Assembly (NCBI GenBank): GCA_012800525.1 | Contig: JAAZJD010000021.1 | Coordinates: 15,402-79,401, forward strand | Direction: 5' to 3' | DNA length: 64,000 nucleotides | Source of the DNA: Clostridiales bacterium | Lineage (GTDB): Bacteria > Bacillota > Clostridia > Christensenellales > DTU072 | Shown: positions 33,101-48,100 of the stretch, piece after piece | Layout: each line of letters starts with the position of its first letter | Position numbering within the stretch: the stretch's first letter is position 1 | Program-made: the position numbers and the translations under genes | The notes under the pieces: model-generated | Told to the model about the DNA's origin: nothing | The model's input: only the letters and a program-made list of their open reading frames with translations | Database searches by the model: none

Positions 33101-36100
33101 AATTTTTAATCCATCATACCAAAGTGCACTTGCAGGAGCAACACTGCCTGTAGGTGCCGTGAATCCTTGATATGTTGTAGTTGTATCATATTCCTTTTTG
33201 CCATTCCCGTATGTATCTAATATTATTATTTTGGGTAGAATTAAAACAGTTAATGCTATACTGCTGACCGTTCCAAATTCATTATCACAGTCTGAACCAC
33301 CACTTCCTCCAGACGTATCATAAAAATGAATTTCATAATCCCCCACATCTTTAACATTATTTGGTTGATTTCTGTATTGTGTCAATGTATATGTTCCTAA
33401 ACTTGTATATCCGGAAGATGGGTCAAGTCTTTTTGTTACATCTACTAAAACGCTTGCAGGTGGAAGACTTGAATAAGGCTCATGCCTATAGTATTTTCCT
33501 AAATAAGATTCTGTATAATCAAGAACTGAGGAACCTGGATTAAATCCTTGCACTTTTTTATTGATAGTGAAAGTTAAAACATACTTAGTCTTAATTTCGC
33601 CAAAAGTTGAACTATTTTGAGTCAAATCTGTCAATGCAATATCATGAACAAATGTAGTCGGAGTGATTTGAGGATATTTTAGCTTTATAGGTCCTACCCC
33701 TGAATTATCATCAAAATAGGTGGCATTAGAATATCCATCATCAAGAGCATCAAAGACATAGTTAGCAGCATTAGAGCCAGATATATTCAAAGTTAACCAA
33801 TATTTTCCTGCATGCATAGGACCACTATTTGGCAAATCTACATATTTGGGATTTGTAGGCAATTGATTAGGATCTGGCCATTGATGATTTATATGTACAT
33901 TGCTAATATTAGTTGCCTCTAAACCACAAGTACACAATCCATAATAAGTTTCTGTTGAAATCGTAACATTTTGAACTAAAGTATCATCTACGCTTGTAAC
34001 ATTGAAATTATGATATGAAGTCGAATCGACAAAAGTAACAGGAGTTCCCCATGTATGTGCTTTAACTGCAGGTGGTAGCCCTGCTTTCGTTATAACATAT
34101 TCCCATTCTAGCGAAGAACCACTGATTACATATGGATAGATCTTGAAACCTAATTTATTTGATGCACCTGAAGCCCAAACATAATTTGTTCCTAAAGTTA
34201 AACCAATTGTCGCAGTATATTCGCCTGCATTTGTTGGAGAAAGAACTGGAAGACCTCCAGCATTTTCATAAGTAACACTTTCTGGGAGCGTTTCGCCAGT
34301 AACTATATTGTTAATTACTACTTTTATATCCCCAGCTTGCCCTGCAGTATATCCGGTGGTTTTATATCTCACATTTCCATCAACATAATCAAACCAAGAA
34401 ATTGTTATCTCTCTTGGATTTATTTTCCATGATCTAGCTTGTTGAGCTGATACAGATAATTCATAATTATTGGCACTTGCACCTGTTATTTGAGTAATTG
34501 AAGCTTGATAAGCGGTGCTGCTTGCATTTGTATAAGTATTGTTTTGATATAAAAAGCCAATTGTGTCTCCAGCTACTTTGTTTGTTGGGTCAGCATACAC
34601 ATATCTTTCAATACCAGAGTAAGTAGTTTCAAAGTTCGAATCAAATGATGGTGCTCCAGCTTTTGTATCACCATACCAAGTTACATTAAGTGACAATGGT
34701 ACAATGTCTAATGTTGACTGCGCTGGCAATGTTGCTTTATAGTTATCTTTTGCTGCACCGCCTATAGCAGTAATACTTAATGTATATCCACCCGATAAAA
34801 CATTTTTAGCATAGAATGTGTAAGTAGTATTTGATATTAGAGTTGTGCCTGACACAAGTGTAGTGCAAGTAAGTCCTGAGCTTGCAGTATAAGTTAAAGT
34901 TAATTCATCATATACACTGCTACTATTAGCTTGAATATTAAACACTGTTAAAATAATTCCATGATTTGAGCCATCATAAGTGACTTGCTGTGTCGATGTA
35001 TAAGTAAAGCCTAAGCCTAATGTTTTCTTAACTATAGCCCAAGATTTTGTTTTAGTGCTTAAAGGATTAATGTGATAGTTAGAATTGTTTAGACTAGTAG
35101 CCTTAATTGCATAGTATGATGGAGTTGAACCTTCGCTTGCATTAATTGAAGCAAAATAGTGTTTACTAATGCTACTTAAATTAGGTGTTGTGCCAGAACC
35201 ACTAGCATAATTTGAAGTAGAGCTAACTAATCCATCGTTTGTATAATTAACACCTACACTTTCTCCAGTAATTAAGCCAGTTACAGATAATTCAACACCA
35301 ATCAGTTTTGCCGTATATGTATATGAGAAATTATCAGGTAACAGTGTTTCATTTGGGTCATCACCCCAAACTAAATCCAAAGCTTTTGTAGCAATTTGCC
35401 AACTAAGTTGTGAGCCAGTAAATGTATAATTATTTGCATCAGCACCAGTAAGTGTAGTAGAAACCTTTGCTATATATGTACCAGCATTTGTTGCTTTATG
35501 AACAGAATCTGCAGTAAAGACAAAATCAACAGTATCCCCTGCAATTTTACCATTTACTTGTGGAAGAGAAACGGCTTGTTCTAACCCATTATACACATAA
35601 TTATATGTGCCCCAAGTTGCAGTGACAGTCTTAGGATTTATCTTAAATGAACCATCTGTTTTAGATAGAGTATAGTTGCAATCACTGCCTGTTGTGGAAT
35701 TTCCATTGCTGTCTGTCAATGAATTAATTGTTATAGTATATGATTTAACAGTGCCTCCATCTATATAAACAGTTTTACCTTTGAAATGATATGTGGTATT
35801 TTGGGCAAGACTCTCACCACTATTAAATCCTTTAGTAGTAAATGGACCCTCAAAATCTACATCAAGTGATATGGTATCACTATTTGCAATTCCTGTAATT
35901 GCATAAGATATTCCTTGTTCTTGTCCATCGTATGTATAAGTTGGGGGAGAGCTTGGAGATATAGTTAAAGTTACAGTAGACTTATTAATCTTCCATGTCA
36001 AAGCTGCAGGATTAGATGCATTAGATACTACTACATAGTTAGCACTAACACCTGTAGATATTGTTTTTGGAATGGTTTCATATGTTCCTGCATTTTTTTG

Positions 36101-39100
36101 TATATTCAAATCTTTATCTGCTTGATATTCAAAACTTATTGGTGAATCTGAAGTATATACTTTTTTATCAGTACCATTTGCTGCACCAATATCATAGCCA
36201 GGAGTTACTTTCCTAGATGTGTTATTATATATGAATTGAGAGTGATCGGCTAAATATGCAGTATTTGACCCCCCTGGCACAAAATCGCCGACATACCAAC
36301 CAGCAATATAGATCTCTTTAGCTGAAATTGTAAATGATTTAACTTTTACATTTGAAGAATCTAATTCATAGTTATGTCCATCTTTTCCACTAATCAAATC
36401 GAGTACGGTTATAGTATAACTAGATGCATTTTTAGCTTGATATGGATAGCTCGTATTATTTGCCACGTTAACTATTGTGGTGTTACCAACAGTGAAATTA
36501 CCAAGCAATGAAAGATTTAATGTTACTTCATCCAAACCACCAGGATTTGAAGTATTTTGATATATCGAATCTGTTGATGTCTTCAAACTGATACCTTGAT
36601 TTGCTGTGTTATAAATAAACGAAGTGTTACCTTCCCAAGTAAAGACAATCTTTTTCTTTCCAATAGTCCATTCAAAATCATCAACATCTAATGTATAATT
36701 TGTAGAACCTGCAGCACTTACAAGAGTAACATCTTTCATTTTGTATGTGCCGTATGCTTTTGCTTCAAATTTTGCAGAAAATGTTGCTGTTGAAGTAGCA
36801 GCAACCCTGAATGTTTGTGGATCTCCTGGAGCTGAAGTTTGCGTAATTGAACAATTTGCAACTGCAGTTTCAACTATGGTATCACTACTATTAGAAATTA
36901 CTGTGGCTACATCATACGAAACTGTATCAGTACCAACTAAACCTGATACCGTCAAAGTTGGTCCATACAAAGTATTTGCATATACATACTGCAAAGACCC
37001 TGTCCAATTACCAATTAAAGCTTTTGGTGTTATCTTCCATGGCTGAGTTAAATTAGCGACACCTGTAAGTGTGTAATTAGCGTTACCTACACCTGTGAGT
37101 GTTCTTGAATAAGTTCCTGATACATTTGCATTGGTTTGCGAAGTATTTCCTGTATATGTAAAGGTAAAGGTGTCCCCAGCAATTGCATTAGAAACAACAG
37201 CAACTATGTTATGAGCGGTAGAGTCATATACGACTTCTGGCATTGTTAAATATGACCAACTACCTGCACTGTTTTCACCTACCCATGATATTGTTGCAGT
37301 TCTTTGATTAATTTTCCATGTAACACTTTGATTTACAGAATAATTTGTTGATGGAGAGGTTGAAGCCATATTAACAGTAACATTGTATGTGTTAGCATTG
37401 ACCGCTTGTTGTGTACCACTATATGCAAAACTTACTGTATCTCCTGAATAAACACCAGGGTTACTTGTGTTTGCAGTAACATTAGTAATTTCAGGTAAAG
37501 CTTTCACACCTTTTGTCGTTCCATCATATGTAAATTGATTATGGCTCGTGTTATATAATACATCATCTAGTGTATAAATTAAGATAGTTATTCCTTTTGG
37601 TACGATTTTCCAAGATTTTGAATTTGTTAAAATATTTAAAGCATAATTTTGATGATTAATTTGGAAGTTTGCAGTATATTGACCTGTAATTACATTTATA
37701 GCGGTGATACTACCAGTAATTTCATCATTAACACTATTAAATGAATGACTTCCACCTGGAGCATTACTTGTTGCTGTTAGAGTAACAGCATCATAATTTG
37801 GTGATGCACCTCTCTTTACAATTCCAGTTATTTCTAACCCAATTCCTTGATTACCTTTCGAATAAGTATATTCATAACTTCCTGGGGCGCCTACTCTCAT
37901 TCCAGTCGTAAATACTTCTGAAAATGCTAGTGTTAGTGTCTTTTTATTGATGACAAAAGAGGCTTGTTGAGTAAGATCAATACTATAGTTATCATTGCTC
38001 ATAGAAACTAAAGAAACTGTATAAGTTGCTGCATCTATTTCTCTAACACCTTGATAAATAAAGCTAGTGACACTTCCTGATGTAACAATTGAAACATTAT
38101 TATGAGTAGTACCATCTGAAACCTTTATCACTATGCCAAGCAAATTATTAGCACAATCACTTGCAATTAAATTTGAAAAAGTAACATCAATTCCATGAGC
38201 AGTTCCATCGTATGTAAATGTTGAACTACCACTGAAACTAACAGTAATTTGACGCTTTGTGATTTCCCATTGCTTTGATAATTTTGCATAAAGTGTAGTC
38301 TCACTTGATAGTGGTAATCTATAGTTTAAATCTGTATTGTTATTTAGACCTGTAACTTTTGAGAGATACTTTCCAACATTTGTAGCAGAAGTTGCATAGG
38401 TATATATTACTCCATCAATATTAGTGGTACCAGTCGTTTCATATACTAAACTAACAGTGTCTCCAGATACTATATTAGATATCGTTCCATTCACACTCTT
38501 TTGAGTTCCATCATAAACAAATGACACAGTAGATGGCCATGTAATATCAACAACTCTTTGATCTATTTGCCAATCTTTATATAATCCACTCGTTGGTAGC
38601 TTGTAGTTAGTATTTGATCCTGCAGTAAGCCCTACTATGAGCGAACGATACAAGCCATAGTTTATAGCAGAAGATTTAAGCTTTCTTCCTTCTTGAAGTT
38701 CTCCAGTTTCAGAATATACAAATGAAGCAGTATCAGGACTAATCAATCCACCAGCAACAGCTGTTACAGACTTAGTTGTTTTGTCATATGTATAAGTTGT
38801 AGTACTTTGCCAATCAATTGTTAACTCTTTCTTTTCAATATCAAAACTTTGAGACTTAGTTGTAGGTAAACTATAATTTCCTCCAGTTGCACTAGAATTG
38901 CCATTTGTATCAATTACATGAGAAATTGCCGCACTATAATTTCCATAATTAACACCCGTCAAACCAATGTCAAAACTTGTTCCTCCACTTGTATATACAT
39001 TTGTAGCTGAACCGAGATCATTAGTAAAAGTATTTGTGCCTGAATTATAAACAGTGTAAATCTTTATTGGTGTACCACCAGTGACACCTATGTACACATA

Positions 39101-42100
39101 TATTTGCTCACTTGAAACAATATTTCCAACTTGCACACGCACTCCTTGATATGTAGTGTCATATTCATAACTATAAGCAGCTAATTTTGTGTGATAGTAT
39201 TCAAAGAAAGTTAAAGTTAATGCCCTTCTTTGCATTGTAAAAGTTTGTGAATATGTAGTATCTATCTCATAGTTACTATTTGGTGCATGAGTTGCAATTA
39301 GTGAGCTTGTATTTATAGTGAATGTATAAGCACCAGCATCTTTTACTAATACACCATAAGTAACACCTGAACTTAATCCATGGGTTGGAGTTACCCCACC
39401 TGTGCTTATTCCACCTGTTACATCAAAATACTCATTTGAGCTATATGTTAATCTAACGCCTGCTGTAACATTGACATTTAACTTGACTGTATCACCCGCA
39501 AACACACCAACAACTTGAAGTGTCCCTATTTGTGAATAACTTCCAGAATAAGTTAAACTTGAAGCAGTGAATGTAAATGATATTTTCTTTGCAACAATTT
39601 TCCAATCTTTGGTTAGAGTCACACCTGTTAGCGTATAGTTTCCTGCATCTAATCCAGTGAGAGTGCTTGAAATTCTTGCATCATAATTACCTTTATTTGT
39701 TTGCAAATGAGAATAAGTTGTGCCACCATCAACACCATCATTCCAACTTAAAATTACATCATCAGGATTAATTTTATTGGAAATTGTTGGTAAAAGTGGT
39801 CCTTGTTGACCAGCATTATACTCAAAAGTTGTTGTGCCCCAAGATAATTGAATTGTTAATTGTGAAATAGTAAAGCTCGAATTTATTGGAGGATTATTTA
39901 ATTTATAATTTGTATCATTAACGCCTGTCACTGAAACACTATAACTTCCTGCATTTTTACTATAAAAGTTAAATGTTCCGTTTGATATCAATGTGTTAGA
40001 ATCAAAGCCTTTTGACGTTACATTCGTTGTTGTTGTTAATTTTACTTGCTCTGAGCCAATAATTCCGCTAACTGTAGCTGTGACACCTTGATTTTGCCCA
40101 TTATATGTAAATGAAGAACTGCCAGAAAATGACACTGTAATTGTTTGTTGACTTATCAACCAATTTAATGTAGCTCCTGCTGAAATTACATAATTTGCAT
40201 ATAAATCTGAACTCGATGATATCTCAGCTTGGGTTGTATATGAACCTGCATTAGTTTGAGTGTTGGTATCCCCTTGATATGAAAAAGTAGGAGTTGATGA
40301 TAAATCTGATGTATAAAATCTTCCGTCTGTCGCTAAAGTTGCACCATCTAAATATCCTGGAACAACTGTTCTTGCAGTACCGTTATATGTAAATGATGAA
40401 TTCGTATATTGAGTATTACTTCCACCAATGGTGTATGAGTTTACATACCAGTTTTGAATAGTTATATTCTTCTTTGCGATAGTAAATGCACCTGTTAATG
40501 AAGGTGATGCACTTATCGAATAGTTTGCACCACTAGTTCCAGAAGGATTAGCTCCAATTTGAACAGAATACGCTCCAGCATTTGTTGCAACAAAACTATG
40601 TGATCCATTAGCTAGCTTTCTTTGTCCTGTAGTGATTATACCTACACCAATTAAGGTAACTTGACCTGCTATTGTCAACATAAATTCAACTAAATTAGCA
40701 TCACTACCCAAAATACCAGAAACGGTTAAAGTTAGACCTTGATTTTGTGTGTTATATGTAAACGAACTTGCACCAGACCATGTTAAAGAAATAACTTTTT
40801 TAGTTATGGCAAAAATCTTTTGTACTGTTCCACTTAAAGTGTAGTTATCTGTAAAAGCAGCACCTAAACTAACATTTGCTTGATAGGAACCAGCATTTTT
40901 ACCTTGAACATTTGCAAGTAACGAAGCCTGTGACGAAGCAAGGGTGAAGTTTGGATCTGCACCACCAACAGTAGAGTTTGATGAGGTCACAGTAACTGGA
41001 TTTGAGCTAGTCATTGCTAAAAGCAATGTAACAGCTTCAGTTGTAACAAAATTTGAAGCCGATAACTGTACCCCTTGAAGAGCTGCATTATATTCAAAAG
41101 AATCAGCACCACTCCAACTAATAGTAATTATTCTCTTTGTTATTTTCCAATTTTTAGAAGTATTTGATGCGCCAGTCAAAGTATAGTTACTATTATCAAT
41201 TGATGCAACAGAGCTAGAATAACTTCCAGCATCAGTTTTATTTCTATCCCCACCATATGTAACGGTAATGGAGTCTGAGCCAACTTTATTGCTAATTTCA
41301 GCATAAATGTTATGCTGAGCAGCATCATATACCCTACTTAAAGTTCCAGAATCATCGGTCCAACTACTTGTAGGAGCGTCGCCAACCCAATTAATGGTTA
41401 TTATTCTTGGAGAAATTTGCCATGATAAAGTTAGCTTAGGATCAGAAGTAGATATAGTATAATTTGAGCTTGGTGTAGTATTTGCTAAGCTGACCTTTGT
41501 GCTATATGCTCCAGCATTAATTTGAGTATTTAAATTTGTTCCTGTGTTATACAAGAAAGAAATTGAATTTTTATCACTATTATAAACTTTTTTATCACCT
41601 GCAGTTGCTGCTCCAATGTTGTATCCTGCTGTTACCTTCTTAGTTGTTCCATCATAGACAAAGGCATTTGAAGTATATGCTGTATTTCCACCATCTGGAT
41701 TAAAGTCCCCAACATACCAATCAATGATTTCTATGAGTTTTTTATTGATAACAAAAGCAAAAGTTCTTGAAGCTACTGCTGCGGGAAGTTCATAGTTTGA
41801 TGCAGAAGTTCCCGTAATTGTAGTAGAAACAACTGTTGAATAATTTCCAGCATCAATTGCTTTTAAATTATAATTTGAGCTAGAATTAACGGCTACACCA
41901 TTTAACTCATTTGTGGTTAATGTACCACCTGTTGTATTAGTTGATAAAATTATATTATCACCTGCAACTATACCATTAACTTTAACAACGACACCTTGCT
42001 CTGTTTGAGCAATATACGTAAATGGACTACTTGATGTAAGTGTAAAGGTTATTTGTTTCTTTCCTATTGTCCATGACTTTGAAAGTGTTTGACCAGTTAA

Positions 42101-45100
42101 ATTATAGTTAGCAGCTTTTGCTCCAGATATACCAGTGCTTGAATTAATTGACACAGTATATGTCCCATAATTTATGGCCTCAAAAGCAACACTTAGACTT
42201 ACAGCAGTATTAGTAACAGTTACTTTGTTATTGGCAGAATCATTAGATACTGTACAATTTCCTATGCTAGTTCCCTCAACACCTGCAGTAGTATTGAAAA
42301 CAAAAGATAAAACATCTGTTCCAGCAATATTGCTAATAGCTAACTCAATTCCTTGTAGAGAACCATTATATGTAATAGTTGAAACTGAACCCCAAACAAA
42401 GGTTATTGTGCGCTGCAAAATATTCCACTCTTGATTAAGATTTGTAACGCCATTTAAGGTGTAATTATTTTTTGCAGTGCCCGATAGTCCTGTAACAGTT
42501 CTAGAATATGGAGTCGATGAAACATCAGTATAGGTAGTACTCGTATTGTAAGTAAGAGCAACATCATCTAATGCAACCTTATTTGTGATATTTGCAAATA
42601 TATAGTGAGCACTACTATCATATGTAACAACTAACAATGAACCTTGTGTAGACCATGTTGCAGAAGTATCACCTTGCCAACTTAATACAATTTTTCTTTG
42701 TGCAATCACCCAATTTGTTAATGTAGTACTACCTGTCAATTTATAGCTAGCACTAACTAAATCTGTGCCTAGAGTAACTGTTGTAGTATAAGTGCCAGCA
42801 TTTATTTGTGAATTGGAATCTCCAGTATAAGTGATGGTAACGGAATCGCCTGCATAAAAGGCTAATGCTGCACCATTTGTATCTTTAGGATATACAACTT
42901 TTGAACTACCATCATATGTAAATGAAGAAGAACTATATTGTGTTGTACCTGAACTATCTATATACCAACCAGCAACATTAACTGATTTTTGAGCTACATA
43001 AAAGTTAAATGAAACTTGACTTATTTCATAGTTGCTTGCTTGTGCGCCATCTAAACTTAAAACTGTAACTTGATATATGGCTGTTCTTCCATATTTTGCT
43101 TGCACAGCTAATAATTGCCCTGAACTTGTAGTAGCATCTGAAGAAAGAGAAGATATCATCGTGTAATCATCAAGTGTTGGAGTTACATAATCGCCTGCAC
43201 CAATTACAGATGAACCGATTACTGGTGGAACTTGATCAGTATAGTTGTTAACTTTTAAGTAAGCAGATAATCTAAATTTAAGTTTAATGTCATCGCTTGC
43301 ATTTTGTAACCCTGTAACTTTCAAAATCTTTGCAATTTGGAAATTGGTATTGTATGTTAAGTCGTTTGATGCAAATTGTGTAACTTGAATAACGCGTTTT
43401 ACTATTTTCCACTGTTTTATCATTTTGCCATAATTAGGATCAGTTGAAATTGGCATTCTATAATCATGCAATCCTGTTGATCCTACGACACCAACATTTG
43501 ATGATAAATGTGCATAATATGTTCCTACATTAACTGCTGACCATACATCTGGAGAAGTAAGAGTTTCATCTTTAATGAGATATATTCTAGCTTGATCACC
43601 AGTAATTAAATTGTCAATTGTAGGCAATGGATAGTTAATTGTACTTCCAGTATATGTAATATCAGTGGCTCCCCATGTAAAATCTAATAAGATTTGTTGT
43701 ATTGTGAATTCTTTTTCAACAGGGAAACTACCTCCATATGTATAGTTTGATGCATTGCCAGTATCGCCTTTTGAATCAGCGACTTGAGTAATACTTACTT
43801 TATATGATATGACACCCGAATTATAATTAACATGTTTTGCGGAAAACTCATAATTTACATTGTTTTCAACTTGCGTTACTCCACTAGTAATTTCGCTAAC
43901 AGCAAAAGTACCAGTTAAAGTAATTGCTGCCTTTACATAGTCACTAGATGCAATGCCTGTAAACTTTACATATAAACCTTGATTTCCACCACAATATCTA
44001 TAATTATAATTAGAAATTTTGTCACCAGCTTTTTCTGAAAATTGGATTTGAATAGTCGCTTGATTAATTTTCCATTGTAAAGTTAGATTGCTATTCTTAA
44101 GTTGATAGTTTGTATTTAAAGTTTGAACTATAGCATTGTATGTTCCTGCATTTTTTTGAATATTAGCTTGATACCCAGATGATGGTGTGTATGAAAGATT
44201 AATACTATCGCCATAATATACTTTTTCGTCATTAGGATAGATTGCGCCAGATGCTGCAACTTCATAGCCAGCTGTTACTTTCTTATTTGTATTATCATAT
44301 GTAAATTGATTATGAGCGGATGAATATGCGGTGTTTGATCCCCCTGGTACAAAATCTCCAGTATACCACCCAATAATTGCTACAATTTTTTTATTAATTG
44401 AGAAAGTTTTTCCATATGTTGCATCAATTCTATAGTTTGCTGCAGAAGTTCCAGCTAATGATGTTGTATTAATGGTGATACTATATGACCCAGCATTTTG
44501 TGCAAGAAGCTTATATGTTGTATCAGCAGCTACCAATTGATTGGTCAAAGTAGTTCCGCCAGTAGTTATTGCAGGATTGAAATAATCCATACTATTATAC
44601 TGCATTTTTACTCCAGCGGTAACAGTCATATTTAACCATATTACGTCACCTGTACAAATCCCATTAATTCCTAAGTTTGCAGCTTCGATGAAACTTTTCG
44701 CATAAGTTGGAGAAGAAGAACTAAATGTAAAAGTTAAAAGTTTTGCAACAATTTCCCAATCTTTAGTTAAATCAGCACTGTCTAAATAATAATTTAGAGC
44801 ATGTGTTCCTGATAATGTACTTGAAATTCGCGCAACATAATTACCTTTATTTTTTTCAGCATGAGTATAACCTGTTCCATCGTTCCAGGCTGTATTGACC
44901 GTATCGCCCGAAACTTTATTATTGACCGTTGGAAGGGTTAATGTATGCGTTGTACCATTGTAAGTGAATATTAATGTGCCCCAAGTTAAGCCTGCTTTTA
45001 ATTGATTAATTACAAAATCACGAGTATATGGATTAGTAGAGCTTATTACTCCATTTGCATTTTCAAAATAATAATTAGGATTTGCTGAACCATAAATTAC

Positions 45101-48100
45101 AACTCGGTAACCTACAGTTGAAAGATATGCATTTGCATAAACACCTTTGAAACTATGCACATTTAGTGAAACCGTATAATCAGGCTTAGAAACAGCACCA
45201 CCTGATGCCCCACTATAATTATATTGATTGCTACCAGTACCTTGAGAAGGAACAATAAATGTTACTGTATCACCAGCATATAAATCACTAGAGGTAACTG
45301 TTAGAGTTACACCTTGGCTTTGACCGTTATATGTCAATGTTTCGGTAGCACTTGGAGTTACATTAAACTTCTTAGGATTAATTGTAAATTCTTTTGAAAG
45401 ATTTGATGCACCAGTAAGTGTATAGTTAGTTGCATGTGTGCCAGATATCTCAACAATTGTTGCTTTGTATGTTGAACCACTTGGAAGAACATTCATTGCT
45501 AAAAATCTATAAAAACTATTAGTAGTCGAATTTGTAACATTTGCGGTTGTTTCATAGTCTGCTACTGCATTTGTTGGGACAGGTGAAACAATATCAGTGT
45601 TGACAAAAGGATCTGAACCAGATGCTCTAATTTGAGTTTGAAACTTAACACCAATAGGTAGTCTTACTTTAAGTTTTATAGAATCTAAAGTGCCACTTTG
45701 GCTTTGAATATTGCCAATACTTAACTTGGGACCAATATAATCTTTACAGTAAATATATGTACTAGTTCCATTGAACATATCATTCCAAGTGAAAGAAAGA
45801 ACTTTTTTAGATATGGTAGCTTCTTTAGAATCCGTTGAAAAGTCATAGTTATCCTTATGTGTTCCTTCCAATTGAAGTACAGTCACAGTATATGTTTTGG
45901 CATCTCTTGCCCTAATAGAATATGAACTAGATGATGCTATATTTTTGTTCATTATATGATCTTTTGTTAAATTTGGAGGAGTAACTGTAGTAGGATTTTC
46001 TACAACATGTGCTTCGCCACCCCCTGACATTTCTTCAACCATCTGCATTCCTGCTGGGAATCTAATCTTTAATTTCACTTCATCAAGACCTTGAAGCCCC
46101 AAAACACTAAAAGCTAAAATTTCTTGATATGCCCCATTATATGTCTTTGCTGCTACAGTTTCCCAAGTCAAAGTCAATGCTTTTTTTGTTATCATAAAGG
46201 TTTGTTGAGTATAATCATCGGTATATTGACCTATGTAATAGTTTGTTCCAACTGGTGTTGCAGTAGTAAATTTAGGTGAAGATGTAGCATTTTTTAAATT
46301 TGACTTACTACCTGAAATTCTAAAATAATAACTTCCCACATTATGAGCTAAGAAATAATAAGGAGTTGCATTTGTAGCAGCAGTGATTGTTGTATAATTT
46401 GATGGATTAGAATTACAATTATAACCAGTCAAGTAGCTTGTCATTAGTTTAATGTTTGATGGACTAACACCTGGAAAGGCTTCATTTCCTGTATGGGCAA
46501 AAGAAGTATTATTATATCTTGTAAGTTGGAAATATACAGAATCGCCTGAATAAATTCCAGATATATTCCATCTATATCCATAATCTAAGCCTGCTCCATA
46601 TATGTTGTCAGTTGTGAAATCTTTTTGAGTAAAGGTACCCGTCAACATCTTGCCATGTGTATTATATGTACCATTTGTAACATATCCCGATGCTGAAGAA
46701 AAACTAATCTGAGCTTTTTTAATCTCCCAATTCACCTCATCACCACTTGCTAATACATAATTATGATCGGTGATTTTTAACTTTGCATAATATGTACCAG
46801 CATCAGTGCTTGTTAAATCAGTGATTTTCAAAGCACCATTACCAGCTATAGGTGTTAAAGCAAGATCGCCACCTACTTTTTCAACATAGAAAGTTACTGT
46901 TTGACTTGTTAGTATACCTGTAACTGAACCAGTTTTACCTTGTGCTGTACCATTATATGTAAAGTTTGTAGTTGTCCAGTTAATATTTATTTCAAGTTGC
47001 ACCATCTCAAGCCAAACTCCTTTATTTGAACCAGCTCCAGTTGCTGTCGGATCATAGTCTCCAACAAAACAAGTTTCACTTGTACCTTGATAGTTTATAG
47101 TTTGAGAAACGGTATCTTGATCTGCATAAATGTTAAAAGCATTGAGCATATTTGCTAAAGCTGGGTCTGTAATGCTTGAATAATCTAAAGCGCCTGCAGA
47201 AAAATTATAATTATTCGCTAAATTTCTATACTGGGCATTGAATGGATCGCTTGTATTGTTAACATAAGTACTCTTCAAAAGTTTACCTGCTCTTAGTGCT
47301 ATTTCATAATACAAAGTATTGCCGTTTGGATCCTTAACTGGGTCGGTATCATCTGCTGGAGTCTTTTGCCAGCTTGTTTGATTTGTGCTTGTATCATAAC
47401 CTTGTCTTACTAAGAGTAACTTAAGTGCATCAATGATATTTGCAGTTTGCATATCAGCTGTGGTCATGCCATCTAAGAACATTAGCCAATGGCTTGTTTC
47501 TTGAGAAAGGTCATAAAGATGAGATAAATCATCAATAATTACTTTTGTATTGTCAAAAGCCGCACCATATGATTTTTTAGCATACAATAAGATAACATCT
47601 AAGTTCTTTGCCTGCATATTAAACACAGTTGTATCTTTTAAATCTCTTGCTAATGTAGAAAAACCAGATTTTGGAATATATGACTCACCTGAATTTGCAG
47701 ATTGATTAGTTGGTCCTATTTTGAAAGCATAGTTGTAGTTTCTTTTCTCCGCATTTGGATCTGATTCATTGTAAGCTGGTCTAAGTGATATAAGCGAATA
47801 TGCACCTGCATTTTTGAACTCCCTTACCCCATCTACTGGAGGATTTGCCGACTCAGAGGCAATAAGATTTTTATATTGATAAGATGTAATAAATTTGAGT
47901 CCCCTGTTTGTATGTGCAAAAATATTCTCCAAGTCTCCCAATTCATTTTCATAAACATTTGCAACATTTACACCAGGCGTAACCACTTGATTCGCAGTCT
48001 TCGCTTCAATGTCAAAATAAGGACTTTGTGCTGTTCCATCATATGTTTTTGTAGAAGACATATCTATAGATACCTCTAAAACAATTGGATAAATAAAGAC

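Larger units (their letters stand above)
19684..48082 (-). repeat. Coding array of MBG (YDG/YGX-type)-like modules, ~9,460 aa (estimated 85-100 modules)
   Basis: The first module starts at KTYDGTAQS (codons at 48049-48023). The last clear module is VKGYDGEGF...AGEYQIMV...TNYIVSV...YTIHERW, ending near 19,684. Near-canonical YDG modules occur at ~22,600-23,100 (TKVYDSTTEYDAFTVSGFV...ATYQNKNVGTNKTISF...INYTVSQVTTGVITA). Copies are diverged (roughly half identical by eye), not identical DNA repeats. Confidence 0.7.
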
